NCBI RefSeq assembly: GCF_018350175.1
Contig: NC_058368.1
Location: 48,052,001-48,116,000 of the forward strand
Direction of reading: 5' to 3'
DNA: 64,000 nt
From: Felis catus
Lineage: Eukaryota
Below the pieces are notes generated by a model. It worked only from the letters and a program-made list of their open reading frames with translations. It had not been told where the DNA came from and did no database searches. A program made the position numbers and the translations under genes. Shown one piece after another: positions 38,895-52,022 of this stretch (its first letter is position 1; each line of letters starts with the position of its first letter).

Positions 38895-39555
38895 CCCAGA
38901 CCAGTTCATAAACTATGAGGCTAGCTCAAGAATACAAATGGAAGCCCATATACCATATATCTAAATATTTACAAGCTATAAATCAAGCTAACACACTGCT
39001 AACTTAAGTGTATACTGTCTTCCAGCTTGATAAATCTACATTCACAATGGCCTGGAAAGCTAGTTTGATTTAGAATTCTCAGACTCTTGATGTGGTGGAG
39101 TGAGAAAATCTGGCTCGAGAATTTAGTTATTGGTCTGTCAGTTTTCTTCTCCCATCCTAGCTCCCACTCACACTATGAGGATCCTTATGTATATCTGTAT
39201 GAATACTGCAGCTCACCGATGCAAACTTCTTTCACACTCTCTATAAGCAGTCACTTCCTGACCACGAGTTTGGCCTACTGATGTGTACAATAGAGAGTAG
39301 ATACACTTGGCCTTCAGGAGAATGAACCAAGTAAGAGGACACACAAACCCTGGATGCAGATTTAGGACAGGAAACAACAAATCTGGGATCCCAGATACCC
39401 AGAGCATGGTCTAGATGTGGAGGTAGGGTGGGACAATTTCCTACTGGATATATACACTAGTTCCATGGATTTTTCATTCTATAGGAAAGGGAACAGTTAG
39501 AGGAAAGCCAGGGCAGCACCCTCAAAAGCACAGAGCCCAAGACTTAGGCCATTTT
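38895..39555. mobile_element. MER115/Zaphod-like hAT-Tip100 element
   Basis: 'aaatggaagcccatataccatatatctaaatatttacaagctataaatcaagctaaca...tttagaattctcagactc'. Confidence 0.75.
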
Positions 39556-39676
39556 CTATAGATCTTAAGGCAGTACTTTCTGGTCCTTGTACAAACACTT
39601 GGATTGTATTTTTCAGAAATGAGCTCTAAGATGTCATTAGTCTTTAATATGGTCATGTATACTGTGAATCTCCAAG

Positions 39677-39930
39677 GTTTCTTTTCTTCTCTTTCTTTTC
39701 TTTCTCTTTCCTTTCCTTTCCTTTCCTTTCCTTTCCTTTCCTTTCCTTTCTTTTCCTTTCTTTTTATTTGAGAGAGAGAGAGAGGCAGAGGGAGAGAGAG
39801 AGAATCCCAAGAAGGTTCCATGCTCAGTGTGAGCCTGAGACAGGGCTCAGTCCCATGACCCTGGGATCACGACCTGAGCCAAAATTGAGCCAGAGCTGGA
39901 CCCTCAACTGACTGAGCTACCCAGTGCCCC
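39677..39930 (-). mobile_element. Can-SINE with (TTTCC)n tail, inside a MER103C-like remnant
   Basis: TSD tgaatctccaag at 39665-39676 and 39931-39942. Confidence 0.93.
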
Positions 39931-40919
39931 TGAATCTCCAAGATTTCTGACCATGGAACAGTTTGTGTGTGTGTATGCATGCACATGTGCCTGTGTGTGG
40001 AACACCTCCATAGGACAGGTTTTGGCAAAACCTATTCTAATCTCTAATGTCATAGAGTGTTTATTTCTCTTCCTCCTACTGTCTCTTAAATGTAGGGGAT
40101 TCTACGTTTACTTGCTTATATTTTCTTGTTCCACATTCTTGCTAGATGATTTCATCCATATCCAAGGCTTTAATCACTAACTGTATTCCAATGATTCCAA
40201 ACCCTCCATCCCTCACCTCTCTTTTCAGCTTTACACTTACTACTGAGTGACTCTACCTGGATACACAAGTTCCACATGTTGGAAACTCAACTCATTATCT
40301 CCCTCTGGTCCTGTCTATCCTAACATGCTTCTTTAGCGAGTTTCTTAGTGAGTTACTTCTCTCACTAAATTCTTCATTACCTAACACTATTTTGCCAATT
40401 GCCCTGGCCAGAGTCATCTTTGATTGTTTTCTCGACCTCACCTCCTTCCCAATTTATCTCCATATTTTGTTGATTTTATCTCCTCAATATTTATCTAATC
40501 TCTCAGATCTATAATTTTCCAAGGATCTTCTCATTTCTTGAGCACATACTTGTAATTTTCTATTTCACCAACCCTTCTTCTACATTGTAATGAGAATATT
40601 TCTTTATAAAAGACTGGGGAAGAATTTTACATTATGATATGGAAAAATCTCCATGATATATTATTAAGTAAAAAAGGGATTCAAAACTGGACATAGATTT
40701 TGAGTTTTATGTAAGAAAGGAAGAAAATAGGAAAATATATTTATTTGTATTTGCAAGCAACTAATAAAATTGGCTGTTTAATAGGGGCGTTTGAAATGAA
40801 TGTTTCAGGGCAGGGATGTATATGAGATAATTTATTGTATACTTTTTGTTTGTCTTGATTTTTTAAATGTAAATCTGCTAAATACAAAAATTAAAATTCA
40901 AAACTATTAAAAAATTTTA

Positions 40920-41135
40920 GGGGTGCCTGGGTGGCTCAGTCGGTTAGGCATCTGACTAGGCTCAGATCATGATCTCGCGGTTTGTGGCTCGAGACTCGTG
41001 TTGGGCACTGTGTTGGCAGCTCAGAGCCTGGAACCTGTTTCGGATTCTGTGTCTCCCCCCTCTCTCTGCCTCTCCCATGCTGACGCTCTGTCTCTCTCTA
41101 TCTCTTAATAATAAATAAGCATTAAAAATTTTTTT
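40920..41135 (+). mobile_element. Can-SINE
   Basis: Head ggggtgcctgggtggctcagtcggtt; CT tract; A tail. Confidence 0.95.
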
Positions 41136-41204
41136 TTAATATTTAAAAGTGTATTATGTACTACTCTCTCTTCCTCTCAAAGTAAATAAATATATATTTT
41201 TAAA

Positions 41205-41395
41205 GGGGCGCCCAAGTTGCTCAGTTGGTTAAGCATCTGACTCTTGACTTCGGTTCAGGTAAGGATCTCATGGTTCGTGGGATCAGGCCCCATGTCGGGC
41301 TCTGGCGCTGAGTGTGCAGCCTGCTTGGGATTCTTTTTCTCCCTGCCCCTCTCCTGCTCTCTCTCTCAAAATAAATAAATCAACATAAAAAATAA
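41205..41395 (+). mobile_element. Can-SINE preceded by an orphan SINE tail (41161-41204)
   Basis: Head ggggcgccc; both pieces are bracketed by agtgtattatgta repeats. Confidence 0.92.
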
Positions 41396-41777
41396 TAGTG
41401 TATTATGTATTACAATGTAGTTATTACATATTATAATACATGATAAATAAAAATTTAAAAATTAAAGAATGAAAAGATTAATAAACTCTATATCTAAATA
41501 TGCTATTGCTTCACTTAAAATATATATTGGGTCCACTATTATATTCAATACCAAGTAAAGATCATTTAGAGTGGTATTGAAATCTTTTCAGGATATGGAT
41601 TTTGTCCGCTTCTGTAGCCATATTTCTTCCCACAACCCAAAAGATTTCACGCTATGGCCATATTAAATGGTATGATCATTCACATCACATATTAGGTCTC
41701 CCATGTCCACATGTTTCCACTATTTGGAGTTGCATCCTGTTTGATTTGGTCTGCCTGTTCATCCCAACTCAGTCTTT

Positions 41778-42009
41778 TTTTTTTTTTTTTAAATTTTTTA
41801 ATGTTTTATTTTTGAGAGAGTGAGAGAGAGAGAGAGAGAGAGAGCAAGTGGGGGAGGGGCTGAGAGAGAGGGAGACACAGAAACCAAAGCAGGCTTCAGG
41901 TTCCTAGCTGTCAGTCCAGAGTCTGATTTGGGGCTTGGACTCAAGAGCCATGAGATTGTGACCTGACTTGAGGTTGGAAGCTTCACTGACTGAGCTATCC
42001 AGGTGCCCG
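41778..42009 (-). mobile_element. Can-SINE
   Basis: TSD ccaactcagtcttt at 41764-41777 and 42010-42023. Confidence 0.95.
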
Positions 42010-43639
42010 CCAACTCAGTCTTTAGAGCTTAGCTCAGACTTCCCCTTTCTTCCCCTAAGTTGGATTCAGTGATTTGTTGCCAGCTTTATTACTCTATACC
42101 TTTATTTCTTATTGTCCTCCCCGATCTTTATTGAATTGACTTATATAATTCCTGATCTAGGCTGTGCGTATATTAAAGATGAAGACTATCCTGTATTCAC
42201 CTCTGTATCTGAGGCACACAACATAGTGCCTGGTTTAGAGTTTGTTCAATGAATCTATACATGGAAAATGAATGAAAGAATAAATGAGTGAGTGAGCCAA
42301 CACACAGGGGAAGGATATTTACAATGCTGGGAACCTGCTATGAACCCAGACGGGGTACATGAGATGAAGACATTGTTTTGTACCTGACTTCTAGACTCTT
42401 GATTTTGGCATAGCTTGTTGTTAATCCCTCATACTTAAATCACATTTATCCTTTGGAAATTAGTCCCAAGTGTTTTCTCTCTCGACCTGAATAGTTTAGC
42501 TCTCTATTTTCATTTCACTTCAGCTTTCTGAGAAATGGTCAGTTACTCTAATGATCTTTCCAAAATTTCCCTGAAGTAGTCTTTGTTGGAGGATACTATA
42601 ATACTCCCGTCTCAGTGTTAGGGTTCAGCCCTTGAATAATAAGACAAAATAAAGAAAAAATAACGCGCAGTTTTTTCCTTCATAAATAAGGCTCATGTAT
42701 AATAATCAAACACAGTATGTCATTCTCTACAGAAAACTGCCAAAGAGAAGAAGAGTGCAGTTCAGTGTTCTGGGAATTGAGATTTCCATTTTTCATAGGT
42801 CATAGAACAAATATCCTTCTAAAATTAGATATTTCTGTTTTAAGTTTTCAGAACGCATTTTAGTGACTCTTGGAATAAACTTCCTTGGAAGACACGATCT
42901 TTCCAAATAATACTAAGAAATGAATTGTGACTAGCAAAATCTAAAGTAAAAGACATCAATAACTCATTTTTTATGCCAGGCTATAAGTAAACCTAATTCA
43001 CAAGTAGTGGGTGGATTAATCTGGAACTCTGAGCAGAGTCAGGCCCACTCATCTGCTTCCCAGGCAGCAGATCCTGGATATAGGACTGCCCCAAGGGCTC
43101 CGGGAAGATGGTTGCTGCTCGGGTCTTGTGGTGAGAAGAGCCCAAGGGACCAAACCCCAGGCAACTGGCCTCTTCCAAGGATTTGGTTTTATTGGATACA
43201 ATTTTCTACTTTGATGTTATTCCACTTACTTGGGCTCTGGACTCATCAATACCACAAGTTTATAAATATTTTAATATTAAAAGAGATTGTGTTCATGGAC
43301 TACGCTGAGAAAATTATTCTCTTGGACCTACTTGGTTGAACCCAACTGTTTGTTTTTTTGCATCTGAGCTCAAATCTCATACTTTGTCTATCATTGTTCC
43401 ATTGAGATGTGAAGAAATAAGGCCATATTTTCAGAAATATTTAAAATTGAGTTAGAGAACATGCACTGTGACAGATGTGTTACTATTAGGATTTCCAACT
43501 TGTGACTGAAGCAACAGACAATTAAAAAACTTGCCCATAGCCAGTAAATGAATCTCTGTCAGTGTTACACCTTAGTTTTGGACTGAGATTTCTGTGGTCA
43601 TCTGTGCTTATTAATGTTGTGTTTAAGCTCAAACACTCT

Positions 43640-43655
43640 TCTCTTTCTCTCTCTC

Positions 43656-43689
<34 letters not shown>
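43640..43689. repeat. (CT)n(CA)n compound microsatellite
   Basis: Directly visible. Confidence 0.95.
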
Positions 43690-43691
<2 letters not shown>

Positions 43692-45069
43692 TATATTGTA
43701 CGTAATATAAGGACATATTTTGTTACCTATTATAGGCTGAGCTAAAATTCTAACTTTATGTTTTTAAATGTCAGAGTCCTGAGGAATGTGAAACTCATAG
43801 AGCATTCAGGCCTCTATTTTTTTTTTTAGAGAGTAAAGGGTAATTTTAATATAGATGTTAGTACCTATGAAAGACATCAGATAAAAAGATGCAATGTCCC
43901 ATTTTTTCTATTTATGCACAGAATAGCTATTCAGTTGTTCTGATCACATATTGTTCTGGTAAAATCAAGGGCACTTGATGCATTGTGGTACCCTCCGTTT
44001 GGGAGATTATTTGACTTTTAATAAGGGTGAATCTTTTGGGGAGATTTGGACTAAGAAATGAATGCATTTTTGGTAGGACTCCTAACTCGATCCTCCCTAG
44101 GCACAGAAGCCATGATGACTGCTACAACAATATCGTCATGGGCAACAAGCCTACTTGTTCATGACCTGCACACTGCCAAAGAGCAACACAGGCTCATCCT
44201 TCCCATCTCAAAGCTTTGGGCTGGCACTGGGGTGTATCTGTCTGTGTGATCTGGCTGTATGTACCTTCTGTTTTCTGGTAAACTTGGTCTATTATTAATC
44301 ACAGATTTTGATCACTGATTTATTAATAATTCGTCCAGTAGCTTATTATAAACCTTGTCTGTAATACTATTTTAGGTGATTTCATGAGTGGATCCATCCC
44401 ATAAGAAAACATTTGTTAGGTACTTTCTGGCAACATCTGTTAGGCTTGGGCTCACTGTCCTTGGGTGTGATACCGCTGCTATAGGCCAAGATAACATGGA
44501 CTGGGAGACGTATACATCTGACAGCCAGACATCAAGAGAAGAAGTGAAATGAGCATGCTAATCAGTTTGTTTTGGGGGAAGACAGGAATAGCCATAATAA
44601 GGCCCCTAAAGGACATTTACTTACAAGGAGATTTGAAACCTGACATGCGAGGAGAGTTCTAGTGTTAAATATAACGTCATTGCATTATCCAAGTGTCAAT
44701 TTATGAGTCAGTTTTGAGAGTTAAATGAAAAGCTTTTCATAAAAAGTTATTAGAATATAGAATTATTAGTTTTCTCTATGCATTAATTGGATTATTTAGT
44801 TCCATCCGGTGGCTCAGCAGCATTTGCATGCACAAATATAGAATAAACATCTGCTTAAGTACATTAAAAAGGCATTTTTGACATTTTAGCCTAGAAATCT
44901 GCTAGTTTTGTTAATATCCCAAACCTTTCTTTTCAGGCGTGATTATAGGTGAGCTGGCACTCAAGCTACAATCGCATCTATAAGGTTTAAGATATTTAAG
45001 AAGACATGCTATTGCTTCACACAATGTGAAAAGCTTTGATTTGGAACTGAGGATGAGAAGGAATGGGGG

Positions 45070-45300
45070 AGGGTGCCTGGGTGGCTCAGTCCATTAAGCA
45101 TCTGACTTCCAGCTCAGGTCATGATCTCAGGGTTCGTGAGTTCAAGCTCCACATCCAGTGAGCATCAGCCCAGCTTCGTGTGAGCCCTGCTTCTCTCTCT
45201 CTCCCTCTTTCCCTTTCTCTCTCTCTGCCACTTGTGGAATTCTCTTTGTCCCTTTCTCTCTGCCCCTTGCTCACTTGTGCCCTCTCTCTGTCAAAAGAAG
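45070..45300 (+). mobile_element. Can-SINE with atypical 3' half
   Basis: Head gggtgcctgggtggctcagtc; two CT tracts; GAA-type tail. Confidence 0.88.
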
Positions 45301-46354
45301 AGGAAGAAGAAGAAGCAGCAGCAGCAAGGGGGGGATTTTTTTTGCCTCAAAAGAATCAAGCAAGCAAGGAAGAAATCTAAGATAACCTCTAGGTAGTTGC
45401 TACCAAGAGCATTGGTCAACCCAAGTTCCAAGCATTCTCTTAGAACAAGGAGAAGGGTTGACAGAGCTTTTTATAAATGGGAACCTTGCAGAGCAGAGAG
45501 TAGACTTGGAATTATGGAAACCAACCAGCTTTTTGGTAGGCAGCCAAAAGCTTTGTTGGAAATGCCCGTGTCTTTCCCAAACCATTTGGCTCCCCTCCTG
45601 ACGTAATTGCAACTGAAAGAGAAATATTTAAATGGGCTGGAGTGAGGGTAATGGAAGGATTTCAATTACCAAGGTACATACGAGATTACTTTAAGTGGCA
45701 TAAATCGGCCTTAAGGCAAACTCACAGATCAGGCCCAGCATTGCCTTCCAATGCACTCTGCATCTACCCTCTCCGAAGGTAACGCTGTGTGCTTTTCAGT
45801 AATGTAAAACAAAGGTTAGGAGTCAAGATGTAATTTGAGCACATATCTATTGGGAAATACAAATCATAATTTCGAATGTGGAATAAAGCCAAAATAATTG
45901 AGCATGCTGAAATAATGGTCAAGGGGCTTTAGGTAAGTTTGAAATGATATAAATGATTTTAAAAATTCATGCAAATATATATTGAGAAACAGTTGGAGGC
46001 ACCAGAAAAAGCAGTTCCAGAGTTTTAGAGCAAAACATAATATCTTGAATATCCAGCCAATAAAAAAAAAAAATAGTACCTTTGTATTTAAACACTTAAG
46101 CAAAATAGAATAGAGCTTAGCACTAAATGTAGTGATACATGTTTCACTGTTTCATGGCATTGGATGTGTATGAGCAAGGCCTACTTACTGAATGCAGAAG
46201 GATTTAGCTGGATCTGTTTGCAGTTGTAGAGATATCTGGGCTGTGTAGATTGAGTGAGGCAACTGTCTTTAACATGACTTATTGTTCTTCTAATCCCTGC
46301 CCATCTTGTCACTTTGCTTTCTTCTTACACAGATTTTCTCCTATAACACTTCTT

Positions 46355-46597
46355 CTTTTTAAACTTTTTCCCCCAACGTTTATTTCTTTGTTTTGAGAGA
46401 GAGACACAGAGAGTGAGCGGGGACGGGGCAGAGAGAGAGGGGACACAGAGTCCGAAGCAGATTCCAGGCTCTGAGCTGTTGGTACAGAGCCTGACATGGG
46501 GCTCGAACTCATGAACCAGGGCTCGAACTCATGAACCGCGAGATCATGACCTGAGCTGAAGTCAGACATTTAACAGACTGAGCCACTCAGGGTGCCC
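46355..46597 (-). mobile_element. Can-SINE with duplicated B box
   Basis: TSD tcctataacacttctt at 46339-46354 and 46599-46614. Confidence 0.96.
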
Positions 46598-47429
46598 TTC
46601 CTATAACACTTCTTAAATTCACTTGTCTTCCTCCTCCTTCCCCAACTAAGACCCCACTTCTGACTCGAAGCTGGTTTCTTCTCTGAAAGTGTCACATTCA
46701 TTTTGTTCACCTGCCAAAGCCTCCCTGACTGGAATGGCATCTTCTAAACTCTTCCTTATTTCCTCTTTTAAGTCACCTTATATTCTACCCATCAAGCTTT
46801 TCTGGTACTTGGTCAAGTCAGTCAGGAACAACATGTGTATTTTAAATACGATTGTCTGAAAAGAGGGATTGAGACAAGACTAGTCTGAAATAGTCTATAC
46901 CTGGAAAAGAACAATAAACAAAATAATATGATAATGGTACAAATATAGGCATATGTGTTGATGGTACAGTAAAAGAGGCCAGAAAGGAAATCTAATGAAT
47001 TTTGAAATGTCACATAGCTAACATTTACTGATTACTTACTATGTATGGGATGCTGAATTCACTTGTCACTGTGAATGGATGAGAATGTCATTTGAGATGA
47101 AGGGGTTGAAGCCTACAGGAACTTTCCCCAGGTGAGCTGGGCTGGAGCTAATGTGAAATCCAGCCCACTGGGCCTCAGAGACATATCTTACCCTTTACAC
47201 TCTACTGCTCTGGAAAAAGGAAGTTTAATAAAGCATTTGGGAGAGTAATCATTAACTAATAAGTATTTGGGGGTATAATTAGCCTTATGGTATTTTATAC
47301 CATTAGCCAAAATGAACCAGGAAAAGTGATACATATATATTTAGGCCATGGAAAAAACCCACTAGAAACCACAACATAAAATTCATTTCTACCTTGTAGG
47401 AATGATAATTTTCTAATTATTGAACAATA

Positions 47430-47705
47430 CAAAACATGACAGGGACAAAGTCACACATTTGTCTGTAATTTATCACAAGTTATAGTATTGAATTTTAAAC
47501 TTCATCACAATTAAAAACAATAAAACAAAACTTTAAAAACTAACAGAACAAGAAAACACTTGTAATGAGTATGATTAATAGAATTGGTGCATCCAATGTA
47601 TAAAGAGCTTTAATGTTTATGAAAAAAACAAGGATCTCAAAGAGCGAAATTGGCAAAAGTGATTCACATAAGAAGAAATACAAACAAAAATGAATAAATA
47701 TATCG
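47430..47705 (+). mobile_element. Old L1M ORF2 fragment
   Basis: 'tataaagagctt...aaattggcaaaag...attcacataagaagaaatacaa'. Confidence 0.55.
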
Positions 47706-47987
47706 GCCAGGCCACATACAGAGTGTTACAATTATTTATTTAAACTAATTTTGTTGTAAAAGGGATATAGAAAAATTAAGTATGTCACAAAGACCAATGA
47801 GAATGATGAAGTGATCCGAAACAATTTTAAACAAGGAATGGTGTGCAGAGAAGTTACCAGGGAAAGGAGATTCGGAAAGTAACAGGAGATGATGCCAAAC
47901 AAGGTGCCAGGTGGTCATGTTTGGCTCACAGGACTACCAGGCCTTGAGCTGGAAGGAGGCTCAGAAATTAGGATGTAGCTCATGGCC

Positions 47988-48164
47988 ATAGTTATCAAAT
48001 TATAACATGCATCGAAATCACCTTAGAACTTGTTAACACGAAGCCGGGCTTCACTCCCAGTTTCTTATTCAGTGGGTTTGGAGGGAGCCCACTGCCTCAT
48101 TTCTAGGAGGTTCTCAGGTGATGCTGATGCTACTGGTCTGGGGCCCACACTTTGAAACCGCTGG
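47988..48164. mobile_element. MER5A (hAT-Charlie)
   Basis: 'catgcatcgaaatcacct...ttctcaggtgatgctgatgctactggtctggggcccacactttgaaaccgctg'. Confidence 0.85.
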
Positions 48165-48884
48165 CTTATAGAATCACCTGGAGACATACAGCTGAAGACA
48201 GGAAGCACAGTGAAATCAATAATGGAGAAAACGAGGGGTGGAGGGAGAGAAGGAGACAGAAAAGGATGGAGAAAGAGAGAAGGAGGAGCAGTTAAGTATT
48301 TAAGGAGGCAACAATGAAAAAGGAAAATATTTTTCTCGTTAGAAAGTATCTAGCCAGGGCAGCTGAGTAGGGCTAGAGTGAATTACAAGACTGATATCAC
48401 TCTAAATTTATCATCACCATTTTCTCACCCTTCTCTACCCTCCTTCCTTCCCTTTCTTGTTAATGATTTTGTGACTAATAATCTACTATACTCCAGCCCC
48501 CTGCACCCTCAAAATGCACCCCAGCCTTCACCCCTAGCACGCATTCCTGAACTCTCCAAAGCCCATCTCCTACCTTCATCTCACCATTGAAATGATTTTC
48601 TTAAAAGTCACTGAATCTGTAGATCTGTTCTCAGTCCTATGTCCTTGACACATCAACAGTGTTTGTCAGTTCGCTTCTCCCTTAGTTTATATGACACATT
48701 AGCCTGCTTTTCCCAAATGTTGGGTCTCTGACCCGTATCTTTAATTTTCTCCTTGTTTACAAAGCTTATATTTTAGAGTAAATCTTCTGGAATAAATTCT
48801 TCTCAGATTCTCCAAAATTGCTTTCTTGTACCAGAGGAGATAACTATGCTTTGCCCACTTGGGCACAGGGAGACAGTAACTTTC

Positions 48885-50040
48885 AGTATTTATCATTTAG
48901 TAAGTATTTATTAAGTATCTATGGAATGTCATGCCCTGGTGACACTGCGGTGCACTAGCTTGATAAAGCCTTTGCACCTGTGAACCTGACATTCACAGGA
49001 GAGGATATAGGCAATACCCTGGTTAACACATTAATACATTAGATAATTAAAGCTGGTGAAAAATACTCTAAAAAATAATAAAACAAATTGATATAGTAGT
49101 GTGTCAGGAGGGGAGGCAGTAGTTTGGGTAAGGAAAGTCAGGAAGTTATCTCTGAAGAGGTGACTTTGAGCTGAGATCTGAATAACAAAAGGAAACAAGC
49201 CACGTGAAGATTTGAGGACAAAGTCTTTAAACAATAGGAAGGAAGTCAATGTGGATGGAGTGTAATAAGTAAAGTGGGAGGGGTAGGTAATGGGGCAGAA
49301 AGACAAACAGGACCAGACCATATGGGGCCTTGAAGGCCATAGTGACATGTCTAGATCTTTTTTTTTTTTTAAGTTTTATTTAGTTATTTGAGAGAAACAG
49401 AGACAGTGCTCTTGGGGGAGGGGCAGAGAGAGAGGGAGAGAGAGAATTCCAAGCAGGCTTCACGCTGTCAGTGCAGAGCCCAATGCAGGGCTTGAACTCA
49501 TGAAATTATGAGATCATGACCTGAGCTGAAACCAAGAGTTGGACACTTAACCAACGGAGCCACCCAGGTGCCCCATTGAGCTTATTCTTTTTTTTTTTCC
49601 TTTCAGATTTTTTATTTTAAAGTAATCTCTACACCCAATGTGGGGCTCAAACTCACAACCTGGAGATTAAGAGTTGAACATCCCACCAACTGAACCAGTC
49701 AAGTGTCCTTTGGATCTTATTCTTTATTTCTTTCTTTATGTTTTGAAGGAGAGAGAGAGAGAGTGAGTAGGGGAAAGGCAGAGAGAGAGGGAGAGAGACA
49801 GAATCCCAAGCAGGCTCTGCACTGTCAGAGTGGAGCCCTATGTGAGGCTCGAAATCATGAACCATGAATGAGATCATGATGTGAGCCGAAATTACAAGTC
49901 AGATGCTTAACCAACTGACCTACCCAGGCAACCCTTGGATATTATTATTATTATTATTACTACTACTACTACTATTATTATTATTATTATTTGGATCTTA
50001 TTCTTAGCGTGATAAAAATTCATTGGAGAATCTTAAACAA
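48885..50040 (-). mobile_element. L2 3' region with a SINE cluster inserted
   Basis: 'taagtatttattaagtatctat...ggaaagtcaggaagttatctctgaagaggtgactttgagctgagatctgaat...ggccttgaaggccat'. Confidence 0.8.
49358..49934 (-). mobile_element. Three tandem Can-SINEs (49358-49574, ~49590-49708 short form, 49725-49934)
   Basis: Three heads and tails in the same orientation, followed by (TAT/TAC)n at 49940-49990. Confidence 0.92.
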
Positions 50041-50079
50041 GTCATTTATTTTGGATAAAGATGATAAGGATGAATGTTT

Positions 50080-51940
50080 GACCACATGTAGCTTTCTCCT
50101 TTTATTCCAAAGACTTTTCTGAAATAATAGTGAAGGAATAAAAAAAGGCACGAAACTTTAAGAACAATGAAAAAAGGAGAGGAGAGAGCAGGAGATGAAG
50201 CATTACCACATATTTTTGGAAAATGCAAACCCGATAGAGGAATGGTAACTGATTTAGATAGAAGTGGGTAATTATAGCCTAAAGTATGTGCAGAGAGTAA
50301 CAAAGATGAGTGAGTCAATTCTTACTGACCAGGATTTGAAGTCATGGGGTTCCAAAGGGAGGAGGGCAGGGGAAAGGCCTAGAAATAGAGGGATTGGATG
50401 GAAGTTTGAATGCAAAGCTATTAGTGTCAAGATAATCATGACCAGTCATGCATCAAGATGATGTCCTCTCTGGGAAGAAAAAGGGCATACACTCGATGGA
50501 GTATTTGAATTTGAGTAGTGAAAGAATGAGGGGCACATGGGAAAATGAAAGATGGGTATGTGCAACTTGGGAATGAAAATAGATTAACCTAAAGTTTGTA
50601 AACTGAGTAGAGTAATTCTCATTCCCTTTAATTGCCTATTGCATGAACATTGGTCTTTACTACATAGGCAAGAAACTCAGAGAACCTTTTCTTGGGAGAA
50701 ATAGAAAAACTCTAGAGAACATACATCCACGTAATTCTCTGATTATTCAGATTTCAGTGGAGCCCAGCACTTGATCAGTCCTGATCATGGACTGGATCTG
50801 GTTTCCAAGCATTATTAAATATAAACTCTGAAATAATAATAATCAGACATTTGAGAAAAACCTTCAATTTAATCTCCCTAATAAAAAAAAGAGAGGTAAA
50901 AGCAAATAGAATAAAAAATTCTGGAGGAAACAGAGGTAAATCAAAGAACAAAATAATTATTTTTTAAAGTTTTTAATATCATCAGGAAGATAAGATATTG
51001 CATATCTAACACAAGATCAGAAAACTATAAGAAAAGAATCAACAAAGAAAACAGGTTTAGATGAAATGAAAAATACAAGAAACTAGTTGGAAAATAAAGT
51101 ATAATACAACTTCCAAAAAATAGAACAAAAACTAAAATGGTGGGAAAAAAAAAGAAAAGGAAAGACAATTCTTGGAGGACCAAGGAGTCTAACATTTAAC
51201 TTAGAGTATTTCAGAGAGCTAAGAAAAGACAGAAGATTGTGAAAAAAATAATACAAGAACATTTCTTCCAATTAAAGGACATGAATCTTTAGATTGAGAA
51301 AGTTGACAGAATACCCAGGAGAATGAATAAAAAAGACCTACTTCAAGATATACCATCCTGACACATAAGAACACCATGCTGAGAGAGGCTTCTAGAAGCT
51401 TCCAGAGATAGAAAAAAATAGGTTTAAGGGAATAATTTGCAACACACCATTCAACTTTTCAATTGTTATATTACTGACAAAAGGTAACAGAAGAATACTT
51501 ACAAAGGACCAAAGAAAATTATTTTCAACCTTAAATTTTATACCCAGTCAAATTATCATCAAGTTTAAAGGTAAAATAAAATTATTTTCAGACATTTGAG
51601 TCATGTAGGATCTTAAAAAAATTATACCCGCAAGTAAGACCCAAAATATGTATAGAAATATAACTACCCAGCTCTAGAATTAAACTATAAACAAACAGAC
51701 TCATGAAAACCCTGGTAAGTTGTTTAATAAGAAAATAGCAATATGACTATTCTGAGGGAAGTGGGGAGGAGAAGTGGAGAATGGTGGTTGATATAGGAGA
51801 GCTAAGTCTTCACCAAACAAAAAGGAAGCCCCTAGAAAATATCCAAAATCACAAAACAAGAAATGTCAATCATATTATTTGGAAATATGAAAGTAAATGG
51901 CACAAGAAACAAGATAATACAACATAAGAAGCCATGACAT
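50080..51940 (+). mobile_element. Old L1/HAL1-like 5' and ORF1 remnant
   Basis: Very A-rich; ORF1-like motifs 'ttaaaggacatgaatctttagattgagaaag' and 'aaattttatacccagtcaaattatcatcaag'. Confidence 0.7.
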
Positions 51941-51947
51941 AAGGAAC

Positions 51948-52022
51948 TTCTTTTTTTAAATGTTTATTTATTTATTTATTTTTGACAGAGAGTGTGAGCA
52001 GGGGAGGGGAGAGAGAGGGAGA
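51948..52022 (-). mobile_element. Can-SINE 3' fragment
   Basis: Tail and CT tract only; ends abruptly with no matching TSD. Confidence 0.85.

Larger units (their letters stand above)
40050..42295 (+). mobile_element. Fragmented L2 interrupted by an L1 3' end and SINEs
   Basis: 'atgatttcatccatatccaaggctttaatcac' and terminal 'acatagtgcctgg...tcaatgaat...aatgaatgaa'. Confidence 0.65.

Noticed and set aside
43980..44650. Possible ancient LTR or internal fragment
   Set aside because: LTR-like in appearance, but I cannot match a consensus or define termini.
2495..51605. About a dozen AP-1 sites (TGASTCA), including ATGACTCAGC at ~34096
   Set aside because: Count is close to the expectation from base composition and the sites are not clustered.
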